From IMG/VR virus record IMGVR_UViG_3300043395_002060, positions 1-61,587 of that record: a stretch of 61,587 bases of DNA, one strand, 5' to 3'. The translations under genes were made by a program, and so were the position numbers. The stretch comes from a virus (lineage: Duplodnaviria > Caudoviricetes). Below are positions 53,639 through 61,587 of the stretch, piece after piece. Position 1 is the first letter of the stretch, and every line of letters begins with the position of its first letter. The notes below the pieces were generated by a model. The model searched no databases. It was not told the DNA's origin and was given only the letters and a program-made list of their open reading frames with translations.

Positions 53639-54716
53639 ATTTATTAATTAAAAGATTAATTTCATTAACCTTATCAGAGTATATATAATCAAATAATTTA
53701 TTTTTATTATTTTTTGCTTTTTTAACTGCTAAATTATATAAATTATCAAATTCATCATCTGAACAATTTTTCATAAATCTACAAAAATTTTTGTAATTTT
53801 CATAATTTATACCTTCAAATTCTTCATTCAATGTATAATAACCTTTATTTTTCAGTTCTTTTACTAAAAAATCATTTGCATTTACATAGAATGGAGTACT
53901 ATACATCAATCCTTTTGTTGTTTTTTCACTTAAAAAGTACACCATATCATATGTGTAATCTAAAGTCTCTAAAACTAAATTAAATTTACATTTGTTATAA
54001 TCTAATGGATTCGAAAAATGTATAGATGCCGGATTTGCTTCAAAGTGAAAATAATCATTTTCATTGAAAGCTTTTTTGTGAAATCTATCTATATTTTCAA
54101 ATTCTTTTACAGAATTAATTCTACCGATTCTATCTTGAGCTTTAGTATATACAAACACTTTATTCAATCTTTCGGTATTAATATTTAAATAGTAATCATT
54201 TGTAAAATTAAATCCAACTTTAATTGCTCCAAATAATAAACCATAATTGATATCAAAAAAGAATTTATCTAAATTTTTATATTCCCATTGAAACCATTTA
54301 GAGTCATCAATTGTTTTTGATGATGAAAAAAAGTATTTTAAATTTTTATATTCGTAAATACTATATGGATTATTATCCGATATAAATTCGCCTGGGTTAT
54401 ACATTATGGAGTAATCAAAATTTGAAAAATCCATTTTACGTTCTAAATGATTTATTATAAATTCATCAGTTCCACTATCGGTAAATACATAATGCACATA
54501 ATTTTCTTTTGAAAGAGAATTAAGAGTTAAAAATAATTTCTGATTATTGAATATATTTTTTATAAACAATAAATAAAAATCATAATCATTTGCATAATAT
54601 ATTACATATTCATCATTATCATTAATTTTTGTTTTATTTTTACATATATTGTATATAAAAAAAGATGCCGAATCTTTTAATCCACAACAAATAATTTTTT
54701 TATTAATGATATCCAT
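53637..54716 (-). CDS. GT10-like putative glycosyltransferase
   Basis: KFNLVLET...YFLSEKTTKGLMYSTPF. Confidence 0.55.
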   Translation of the reverse strand: MDIINKKIICCGLKDSASFFIYNICKNKTKINDNDEYVIYYANDYDFYLLFIKNIFNNQKLFLTLNSLSKENYVHYVFTDSGTDEFIINHLERKMDFSNFDYSIMYNPGEFISDNNPYSIYEYKNLKYFFSSSKTIDDSKWFQWEYKNLDKFFFDINYGLLFGAIKVGFNFTNDYYLNINTERLNKVFVYTKAQDRIGRINSVKEFENIDRFHKKAFNENDYFHFEANPASIHFSNPLDYNKCKFNLVLETLDYTYDMVYFLSEKTTKGLMYSTPFYVNANDFLVKELKNKGYYTLNEEFEGINYENYKNFCRFMKNCSDDEFDNLYNLAVKKAKNNKNKLFDYIYSDKVNEINLLINK

Positions 54717-54720
54717 TGAT

Positions 54721-54951
54721 TTATAATATTCTTCTACTATTTCTTCTTCTAGCTTCTTCAGCTTCCTTATACCAACGAATCCAAGTTAATGAAATATCGA
54801 TAGGAGCTAATACCCAAGCCATCATCATAACCATAATTGTATCCAATTCAGGTGAGTTGCCAGTTGGTCCTTCATCGTAACGATGTTTATACTTTCGAAA
54901 AAGCTGGAACATACAATAAATGATACAAATTACATAATACGTTATAAACAT
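54721..54951 (-). CDS. small membrane protein
   Basis: two hydrophobic segments. Confidence 0.55.
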   Translation of the reverse strand: MFITYYVICIIYCMFQLFRKYKHRYDEGPTGNSPELDTIMVMMMAWVLAPIDISLTWIRWYKEAEEARRRNSRRIL

Positions 54952-54978
54952 AACTTTTGTTTTTAGTGGTTAATAGAT

Positions 54979-55180
54979 TTGAGTTTGTGAGGTTGAATCC
55001 AATTAAAAAGGTTATTCAGGTTTCAATGAGTTTTGATTATATTGACTTGCCGACAAGAGACCCTAATATTGTTGAAATTTGTTAATTATTCATTATCTTA
55101 TTCGTTCATCCGCTATTTTGGCATCATAGTAGAATTGTAAGAATAAACTAATCAATCAGTTTCAAACCCCACTCACTCAA
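54979..55180 (-). ncRNA. candidate ~200-nt structured RNA
   Basis: ends pair: TTGAGT-GA-GTGGGGTTTGAA with TTCAACCTCAC-AA-ACTCAA; no ORF in track. Confidence 0.4.
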
Positions 55181-55185
55181 TATTT

Positions 55186-55614
55186 TTAAATTTGAGTATT
55201 GGAGTTATGAATATCTAATTCATTCTGCAATGCCTCAACTCTATCTTGTAGTTTTGAAACAATTGCTTCAATTTCTACAATATTTAATTCTACTTCTTTT
55301 ACTGAAACGACACTTCCGTATCTTTCATTAATTTTACCTTCTTCCGTTGGAACTTTTTTCAATTCCTTAATCATCCCTTTCAATTCTGCCAATGCGAAGA
55401 TTTTATCATACACCGGTTGGTTTGCTTTATGGATTTGTGCTTTCAATTCTACCAACTCATTTGATAGAGTATGGATTCTGTCTAAAGTAGCACTCATAGA
55501 ATATCTACGAGGATTACCTTCTTCAATTGAGTTATACTTTTTCAAAATCTCAAATTGAGCTTTCAAATCAGTAACCAATTTGTTCTTTTGTTTTAATGCT
55601 TGTTTTACATTCAT
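55186..55614 (-). CDS. DIP1984-like coiled-coil protein
   Basis: QAL..K, NS..EGN, LKAQIHKAN, LDIHN..T pattern. Confidence 0.6.
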   Translation of the reverse strand: MNVKQALKQKNKLVTDLKAQFEILKKYNSIEEGNPRRYSMSATLDRIHTLSNELVELKAQIHKANQPVYDKIFALAELKGMIKELKKVPTEEGKINERYGSVVSVKEVELNIVEIEAIVSKLQDRVEALQNELDIHNSNTQI

Positions 55615-55640
55615 TGTTTTAAATTTTATTGTTTGTTATA

Positions 55641-55672
55641 CAAATATAGTACAATTATTTCAAATTACCAAA
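55641..55672 (-). promoter_or_regulatory. Bacteroidota-type promoter
   Basis: TTTGG-N19-TATATTTG. Confidence 0.8.
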
Positions 55673-55673
55673 T

Positions 55674-55967
55674 TTATTTTATTTTGTTATCATACAAATT
55701 TTGTAATCGATTTATATGTTGATATATTTCATATCTAACTGCATCTTTTAATTCTTCATTTTGAATCAAAACGCCACCCTTATCTTTCCAACCCCAATAC
55801 CAACCACCTTCAGTATTTTGTGATTTAGCTGATATAGAATAATCAATAGTTATGGTAGGTTCATCGGTATGTAGATACTTTTCATCATTCCAACGAATTG
55901 TAGCCCATATACCAACTGTCCCACCATCTCTATATGTATCTATATTGTGAATTAAAATTACACTCAT
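55674..55967 (-). CDS. hypothetical protein
   Basis: DTYRDGGT motif, 97 aa. Confidence 0.6.
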   Translation of the reverse strand: MSVILIHNIDTYRDGGTVGIWATIRWNDEKYLHTDEPTITIDYSISAKSQNTEGGWYWGWKDKGGVLIQNEELKDAVRYEIYQHINRLQNLYDNKIK

Positions 55968-55976
55968 ATATTTATT

Positions 55977-57134
55977 TTAATGTGAATCACCTACATTGTG
56001 TTTTTCAGCGAAGATTAAATAATCAGGGTTGATTACCTTTGCTATTTTCTCTCTACCTTTAGATTGATGTTTGATTACAATACCTTCTTCTGGCACTTTA
56101 GTACCTTTGATGTAGTTATTGAATACATACTTATCTTGCACTTCTTGTGACCATCTACCATAATATAATTGCTCCACATATGGTAATTCCAAAATGTGTT
56201 CGATTAACAACTTTGAATTGATTGGGTCTAAATACTCACCTTCCTCTTTTACATCGAATCCTACGAACTCAATCTCTTTTAACCCATAATCATATCCCTT
56301 TTGAATTCCAGCTCCGTAAATCTCACCATATAAGGTAATGCCATCACCAATTTCAGGCTCCATCGCATCACTCTTAACATAATCCCACAACTTTTGTTTG
56401 ATGTTATATTTCTTTTCGATTTCATACCAAACATTAGTATCATAGAATCCATTAGAGTCTGAACCTTTCTCTACATTATGTGAACCAACTACGAATTCAT
56501 ATTCAATCCATTTGTCTGCTAATCCAATGAACTTTCTAATTTTATCCCATAATGATAATTTGTTTTTCTTAACAATACCATAACGGGCATTAGTTCCGTG
56601 AATCTTACGAGTGATTTCAACTGTGTCCTCTTCGGTAAACATTCCCGGCACATTCTTTAAGTTAGGGAATTTGTAATAGACATGGAAGTTTGGATTGTCT
56701 TGATAACGAATCTTTCTACCTCCTGCTAATTGAACCATTTTAACAGGTGGTTCATATTTGAAGATTCCTAAATGAGCCATCATATCATCACCTTCATTAC
56801 AAAAATATCCAATTCCTTTTGCAAAGAATTTTTTCATTTGTGGTAAACTATCTAATGAAATGATTAAACATTCCGAATATACTCCTCTCAACTTTACAGT
56901 TCGAACTCTACCCCCATTTCTCAAATAATTAGTAACACCCAATTCATCCGATAATGTTTGTGGAATAACTGCATCTGTCGTTGTACATACTACCAATTCA
57001 CCTACTTTATGTGCTCCTTTTTTAACAATACAATTCCAACCACCAATAGTTGCTAATTGAATATTATCAGCACCTTCAATTGGTTTGATTTCTTTAATTC
57101 TTGCTACATAGCAAACTGAATTATTATTTTCCAT
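55977..57134 (-). CDS. RNA ligase (Rnl2/DRB0094-like)
   Basis: N-terminal PIEGADNI OB-like domain; KIHGTN, GEIYG, FD, EGIVIK, KVIN motifs. Confidence 0.92.
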   Translation of the reverse strand: MENNNSVCYVARIKEIKPIEGADNIQLATIGGWNCIVKKGAHKVGELVVCTTTDAVIPQTLSDELGVTNYLRNGGRVRTVKLRGVYSECLIISLDSLPQMKKFFAKGIGYFCNEGDDMMAHLGIFKYEPPVKMVQLAGGRKIRYQDNPNFHVYYKFPNLKNVPGMFTEEDTVEITRKIHGTNARYGIVKKNKLSLWDKIRKFIGLADKWIEYEFVVGSHNVEKGSDSNGFYDTNVWYEIEKKYNIKQKLWDYVKSDAMEPEIGDGITLYGEIYGAGIQKGYDYGLKEIEFVGFDVKEEGEYLDPINSKLLIEHILELPYVEQLYYGRWSQEVQDKYVFNNYIKGTKVPEEGIVIKHQSKGREKIAKVINPDYLIFAEKHNVGDSH

Positions 57135-57139
57135 TTCTT

Positions 57140-57559
57140 TTAAAGTTTAATACTGAATCTATCTTTCATTTGTTCTAACTTTTCTTTTGGAACTCCATGT
57201 TGATTTACACCACCATGTCTATTCTCTACAATCAAAGAGAATACTTTGTATCCATATTTTTCAGCTAATTTGAAATAATCTTCCATTTCCCATTCTTGTG
57301 TGAATGTATTAGATACTACGATGTTTGTATAGAATTGTGCATTTGCTTGATTATCTTGCATAAAGGTTTCAACTCTAAACTTACACCAATTGTGTGCTTT
57401 TGGTAAATCTCTTGCATTGAATTTGTATTCGCCAGTTTCTTCATCAACAAAATACATATCTGCTTCACAAATAACATATTCACTCCACATTGCTTCAGCA
57501 AATGTAGATTTACCAGCTCCTGGCAATCCTCTTAATAATATTAAATTTTTTGGTAACAT
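57140..57559 (-). CDS. P-loop polynucleotide kinase-like protein (AAA_33)
   Basis: RGLPGAGKST, VSNTF, HGVP. Confidence 0.85.
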   Translation of the reverse strand: MLPKNLILLRGLPGAGKSTFAEAMWSEYVICEADMYFVDEETGEYKFNARDLPKAHNWCKFRVETFMQDNQANAQFYTNIVVSNTFTQEWEMEDYFKLAEKYGYKVFSLIVENRHGGVNQHGVPKEKLEQMKDRFSIKL

Positions 57560-57560
57560 A

Positions 57561-58214
57561 TTATCTATAATTTTCTACAATTTCGTGATGGTCAAACTCA
57601 AACATACTTTTGATTGGTTGCTTGTCCATCAAACTTAATACAGTTCTCATTTCAATTGGATACAATGCGTTACCATCACATCCCACATCCATCATCTTAC
57701 CCACACCAATTCTTTTATTGGGTGTAAAGTGAACGTGTCCATGTAAGTGAATTGCACCTCTTGCCATATTATCCCAACTTGCAATTGGAAAGTGCATTAA
57801 TGCAAATCGTTGTTCACCGGCAAAGTGTGTTCCCACATTCCATTTAACATTTAAGTTTAGGTATTTATTTACTGAACTGAATAAAGATTGACAATTTTCT
57901 CTATTATTTTCAATGTGATGGTCGTGGTTACCTGTAATGATGTGAATGTTTTTACAAAAGATTTGATTTCTGAATATTTCAATTTGTTCAAATCCACCAA
58001 AACTCCAATCACCTAAATGAAATAGAATATCATCTTGTCCTACAAACTCGTTGATATTAGCAACTAAATGAGCATTCATTTGTTCTAATGACTTGAATTC
58101 TCTACAAGTTACGGGGTCTGTCCACTTTGTTGTGGCAGAACAAATATTAGCATGGTTGTAGTGGGTATCACTGGTGAACCATAATTTCTGTCCTTTATTT
58201 AATGTTAGTTTCAT
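57561..58214 (-). CDS. calcineurin-like metallophosphoesterase
   Basis: TSDTH, HLGD, GNHD, HFP, HGHVH, DVGCD. Confidence 0.92.
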   Translation of the reverse strand: MKLTLNKGQKLWFTSDTHYNHANICSATTKWTDPVTCREFKSLEQMNAHLVANINEFVGQDDILFHLGDWSFGGFEQIEIFRNQIFCKNIHIITGNHDHHIENNRENCQSLFSSVNKYLNLNVKWNVGTHFAGEQRFALMHFPIASWDNMARGAIHLHGHVHFTPNKRIGVGKMMDVGCDGNALYPIEMRTVLSLMDKQPIKSMFEFDHHEIVENYR

Positions 58215-58813
58215 TTTAAAAAACTTATTATTTTTTCTTTAATTCCACTTTGTTTGATTCCTTCTCTACTCGATGGAGTCAATACAAAGTTATCCAAACC
58301 CCAATCGTAATTGTATTCCATACTATAATGCATCTGAACTTTTCCCATATTCAAATCATCAATAGATACCCAATGTGTAATTTCTGGGTGGTCTACCAAA
58401 TATTGTTTGATTTCTATTGAACGGGTTTGTTCTAAATCCATTTCTCTATTCCACGGAAACCCAGCAGGATATTCTTTAGCATAATGAGTACATTCACCCA
58501 AATTCTTTGTGAATGCTATGGGTTTCTTTTTGATGCCCTGTGATTCATAATATTCACCCATCTCATCAACAGTGGCCCATCTTTTCCAATCAGAAGAGAT
58601 AATAATTTCAGCATCAGTTTCTTCCAATATTTCATTTAATATCTTAATTGCTTTCTTATTAAAATTATCAAATCGAGATAGAACTGGCAAAGATGCTACC
58701 GATTGTGATAACTTTCTACCTGCTTCTCTTTGTTTCTTAAATCTACCACCCCATTCGGTTGCTAAACATATAACACCATCGTGGTCTAAAAATATTACTT
58801 TCATAACTTTCAT
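58211..58813 (-). CDS. HAD-family phosphatase (RNA-repair type)
   Basis: IFLDHDGV, ISSDWK, R..EI..YL, VSIDD. Confidence 0.85.
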   Translation of the reverse strand: MKVMKVIFLDHDGVICLATEWGGRFKKQREAGRKLSQSVASLPVLSRFDNFNKKAIKILNEILEETDAEIIISSDWKRWATVDEMGEYYESQGIKKKPIAFTKNLGECTHYAKEYPAGFPWNREMDLEQTRSIEIKQYLVDHPEITHWVSIDDLNMGKVQMHYSMEYNYDWGLDNFVLTPSSREGIKQSGIKEKIISFLK

Positions 58814-58825
58814 TTTATTAAATTG

Positions 58826-58896
58826 TTACCCGAGCTGGATTCGAACCAACCCTAAATGCACCAAAAACATTTGTGCTACCGCTACACCATCGGGCA
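58826..58896 (-). tRNA. tRNA-Gln(TTG)
   Basis: cloverleaf, loop TT-TTG-GT. Confidence 0.9.
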
Positions 58897-58902
58897 ATTT
58901 TG

Positions 58903-58974
58903 AGCAGATAGTCAGAATCGAACTGACATCTCAGGCTTGGAAGGCTAGAGTAATAACCATTATACGATATCTGC
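58903..58974 (-). tRNA. tRNA-Gly(TCC)
   Basis: cloverleaf, loop CT-TCC-AA, U73; two mismatches in anticodon stem. Confidence 0.85.
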
Positions 58975-59034
58975 ATTTGTAGGTGGGACTAACCTACTTC
59001 AAATGTGTACACCATTCATTATACCGTCCTTTTG

Positions 59035-59108
59035 TGGGCCAGTCTGGGCTCGAACCAGAGACCTACTGATTATGAGTCAGTTGCTCTAACCAACTGAGCT
59101 ACAAGCCC
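59035..59108 (-). tRNA. tRNA with CAT anticodon (Ile2 or Met)
   Basis: cloverleaf, ACTGA-CTCATAA-TCAGT. Confidence 0.9.
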
Positions 59109-59111
59109 GAA

Positions 59112-59159
59112 TATCGTTTATACTAACGATAATTCAATGTATCGTTTATATCAACGATA
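59112..59159. repeat. two copies of TATCGTT-N6-AACGATA palindrome
   Basis: 59112-59131 and 59140-59159 in a tRNA spacer. Confidence 0.75.
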
Positions 59160-59160
59160 G

Positions 59161-59234
59161 TGGAGATAGAGGGATTCGAACCCACGACCCTCTGCGTGCA
59201 AGGCAGATGCTCTAGCCAACTGAGCTATATCCCC
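59161..59234 (-). tRNA. tRNA-Ala(TGC)
   Basis: cloverleaf with G3:U70. Confidence 0.95.
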
Positions 59235-59239
59235 CATTG

Positions 59240-59326
59240 TACCTCGGGCCGGAGTCGAACCGGCACGGACGTTTTCTGTCCAAAGGATTTTAAGTCCTTC
59301 GTGGCTACCAATTACACCACCGAGGC
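59240..59326 (-). tRNA. tRNA-Leu(TAA)
   Basis: cloverleaf with long variable arm. Confidence 0.95.
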
Positions 59327-59331
59327 AACTA

Positions 59332-59799
59332 TTAGATTTTTCTTACTACAACTCCAACTAGCTTTGTATGTTTATCGGTTTCATTAATAAGAATATCTAT
59401 TTTATTTCTGAATCTACTATTCATTAAATCTCTCACATACCAAACTCCACTATACTTTCCGGCATTTTCTAATACAACCTTTTCACCCCATTTAAAATGC
59501 CTTTTCAAATCTCTACTAACTGCTATAATTCTATGTTTCTTTGGATTCCTCATATTGATTTCAAATCCACTAGCGGTTACATTTGGTGTTGAATCACATT
59601 GTTGTTCAACTGCGTTATAAGTTGTTAAGGTTACTTTTCTTTTGAAATCTTTTTTAATTTTCTTTTCAGATTTACTTTCAAAATTACTATTAACTTCTTC
59701 TACTTCAGTTTGCTCCACTTCTTCCACTTTTGGTAAATGTGTATCTATAATGTATAGAATAAAAAAAAGTGTAACATAAGTAATAAATACATTTTTCAT
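59332..59799 (-). CDS. 3D-domain (lytic transglycosylase-like) protein with TM anchor
   Basis: TTYN..CD.TP.VTASG, IAVSRD, VRDLM...KIDIL. Confidence 0.8.
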   Translation of the reverse strand: MKNVFITYVTLFFILYIIDTHLPKVEEVEQTEVEEVNSNFESKSEKKIKKDFKRKVTLTTYNAVEQQCDSTPNVTASGFEINMRNPKKHRIIAVSRDLKRHFKWGEKVVLENAGKYSGVWYVRDLMNSRFRNKIDILINETDKHTKLVGVVVRKI

Positions 59800-59828
59800 A
59801 ACTTTTAAGTTTTAGTGACAATTAATAG

Positions 59829-59902
<74 letters not shown>

Positions 59903-59907
59903 ATATG

Positions 59908-59981
59908 CGGGATGTACGGGATTCGAACCCGTGACCTCCACCGTGACAGGGTGGCATTGTAACCAACTCTACTAACATCCC
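59908..59981 (-). tRNA. tRNA-Asp(GTC)
   Basis: cloverleaf. Confidence 0.93.
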
Positions 59982-59986
59982 AATTG

Positions 59987-60060
59987 AGCCTCCGGTCGGA
60001 TTCGAACCAACGACCACCTGATTACAAATCAGGAGCTCTGGCCAGCTGAGCTACGGAGGC
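59987..60060 (-). tRNA. tRNA-Thr(TGT)
   Basis: cloverleaf. Confidence 0.95.
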
Positions 60061-60065
60061 AATTG

Positions 60066-60137
60066 TACTCGGTACGGGATTCGAACCCGTGCTACATCCG
60101 TGAAAGGGATGCGACCTAACCTCTAGTCGAACCGAGC
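60066..60137 (-). tRNA. tRNA-Glu(TTC)
   Basis: cloverleaf. Confidence 0.93.
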
Positions 60138-60171
60138 GTTTACATATTATCCATTATTTCAAAGAACATTA

Positions 60172-60203
60172 CAAATATACGAAAACTTTTCCATATATCC
60201 TAA
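60172..60203 (-). promoter_or_regulatory. Bacteroidota-type promoter driving the tRNA array
   Basis: TTAGG-N19-TATATTTG. Confidence 0.75.
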
Positions 60204-60210
60204 TTCTATT

Positions 60211-60798
60211 TTACATTTTTTTAAAGTGTATGTTCACTTCATTTTTCGGGCATCCACCAATTGAGTTATATTTCCAATCAATATCATATCCGTTTTTATC
60301 AAAGAAAGCAACAAATTCAGAAAATGATGGCTGATTATCATATAATTTCCATTCAGTATCTTCCGAAAGACTTTCACATATTCCTTCTTTAACTATTCCA
60401 ATCTTATTTCCAAACCCATTCAATACATCTAAATCACTTCCTTGCGTATCTATTGAAACAAACTCTATTTCATCAATACCAATTTCTTCAATAAAGGTAT
60501 CCATTCTAACACATTCTACTTCAATTTTGTTCATTTCACCCATAGTTGGTCCATTACCCCAATCCATTAAACTAGAACAACTATCCAAAGAACATATATT
60601 AAATGGAACTAATCCATTAATGTTTGAAACAGCTTTTTCAAAGATAATATAATTTTTTGGTATTTCAAACTTATTGTAATTGGATTTTACGATTTCTGAA
60701 TTTGGTTCAAAAGCGTAAACAACTAATGATTCATCAGCTTTTGCTTCTTCCAAAAATTCCATCGATACGTGTAATCCAATTACAATTTTTATTCTCAT
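60211..60798 (-). CDS. FkbM-family methyltransferase
   Basis: VYAFEPN, AVS, SSL, VECVRMD, IDTQGSDLDVL.G. Confidence 0.88.
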   Translation of the reverse strand: MRIKIVIGLHVSMEFLEEAKADESLVVYAFEPNSEIVKSNYNKFEIPKNYIIFEKAVSNINGLVPFNICSLDSCSSLMDWGNGPTMGEMNKIEVECVRMDTFIEEIGIDEIEFVSIDTQGSDLDVLNGFGNKIGIVKEGICESLSEDTEWKLYDNQPSFSEFVAFFDKNGYDIDWKYNSIGGCPKNEVNIHFKKM

Positions 60799-61250
60799 AC
60801 CTTTACTAAATGGTCGGCACAATATGTTGCAATTGGGCCTAATGATTTGTATCTAACTTTATAACCCATACCTTCAACCATACCAACAGCTTGTCTGAAC
60901 ACTTCGTTTGATTTGAATTTAGGGTCTGGATTAATATCAATATCAATCCATCTCACTTTTGGTAATCCAGCTTCTTTCATTGCTTCAGCAACTTCAACTG
61001 AATACCAAACTTCATTTAATAAACGAGTAGAACGAGTCCATTCCCTTTTAGTTGTCCACTTATTAAATAAAACATGTGCTCCTTTTCCAACATCATATAA
61101 AGCAACTACAATAGCATATATGGTTTTATCTGAAAAGTTTTGTGAATCGCAACCAATTAGTATTTCTGCGTTTGGTTTTGTTTCCAACCATTCACCAACA
61201 TAATTCATCAAATCAACTTTCTGTCCATCGTGTAGCCGTTTGTATTCCAT
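60795..61250 (-). CDS. RNase H-like YkuK (DUF458) family protein
   Basis: IGCDSQ, GKGAH, RLLNEVWYS, IDIN, ADH. Confidence 0.85.
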   Translation of the reverse strand: MEYKRLHDGQKVDLMNYVGEWLETKPNAEILIGCDSQNFSDKTIYAIVVALYDVGKGAHVLFNKWTTKREWTRSTRLLNEVWYSVEVAEAMKEAGLPKVRWIDIDINPDPKFKSNEVFRQAVGMVEGMGYKVRYKSLGPIATYCADHLVKV

Positions 61251-61287
61251 AGCTGTTTTATTTTATATATAAACAATTTCGTTTTTG

Positions 61288-61361
61288 TGTCCATAGAAAG
61301 ATTCGAACTTTCACAAACTGGGTTCTAAAGCCAGTGCGGTTACCAATTACGCCATACGGAC
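61288..61361 (-). tRNA. tRNA-Leu(TAG) with short variable region
   Basis: cloverleaf, loop TT-TAG-AA, A73, 5-nt variable region. Confidence 0.75.
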
Positions 61362-61369
61362 ATTTTCAG

Positions 61370-61455
61370 TAGAGAGTGAGGGGCTCGAACCCTCGCGACT
61401 TTAACATCCTAACGATTTAGCAAACCGTCCCCTTCACCAACTTGGGTAACTCTCT
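61370..61455 (-). tRNA. tRNA-Ser(GCT)
   Basis: cloverleaf with long variable arm. Confidence 0.9.
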
Positions 61456-61461
61456 ATTTGG

Positions 61462-61533
61462 GGTGAATAATGGGATTCGAACCCATACTAACAGAACCAC
61501 AATCTGTCGTGCTACCCTTACACAATAAACACC
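61462..61533 (-). tRNA. tRNA-His(GTG)
   Basis: cloverleaf with G-1 and C73. Confidence 0.9.
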
Positions 61534-61538
61534 ATATG

Positions 61539-61587
61539 TTGCGTGTATGAGGTTCGAACTCATTTGGCCATCCTTATGAGAGATAGC
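61539..61587 (-). tRNA. 3' part of tRNA-Met(CAT), truncated by window
   Basis: CT-CAT-AA loop, T arm, ACACGCAA 3' end. Confidence 0.7.

Noticed and set aside
61288-61361. Ochre suppressor (TTA) tRNA or stop-codon recoding
   Set aside because: Stem pairing centres the loop on TAG (Leu); genes are intact under code 11 and use TAA, TAG and TGA as stops

Overview
A 61.6 kb, AT-rich segment of a large, probably jumbo, contractile-tailed phage. Essentially all real genes are on the minus strand. A Bacteroidota host is inferred from about 13 evenly spaced TTTG...TAnnTTTG promoters, Bacteroidota-type lipoproteins and a SecA-like tail on the peptide deformylase. In window order: baseplate genes; carbamoyltransferase, sigma-like factor, peptide deformylase, UvsE, Hsp20 and HD hydrolase; a 14-20.5 kb modification operon; a 21.8-29.2 kb control island (dif-like site, DnaA box, IHF sites, flanking inverted G-rich repeats, orphan tRNA-Gly, UTR pseudoknot); many small hypothetical genes; seven dispersed GT10-like proteins; a MoxR-type AAA/VWA pair; an RNA-repair module; and a tRNA cluster that includes a 153-nt tRNA-like RNA. 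The best candidate for an undescribed system is the 14-20.5 kb operon. It encodes a protein with three tandem Hint domains bracketing a 7-residue peptide (FKYGGGS), an unannotated 45-aa Lys/Thr-rich peptide, and six tailoring enzymes (a 2OG-Fe(II) oxygenase, two SET proteins, three glycosyltransferase-like proteins) that all end in a shared S/N-[IL]-[IL] tail. All calls come from reading motifs by eye; no database search was run.
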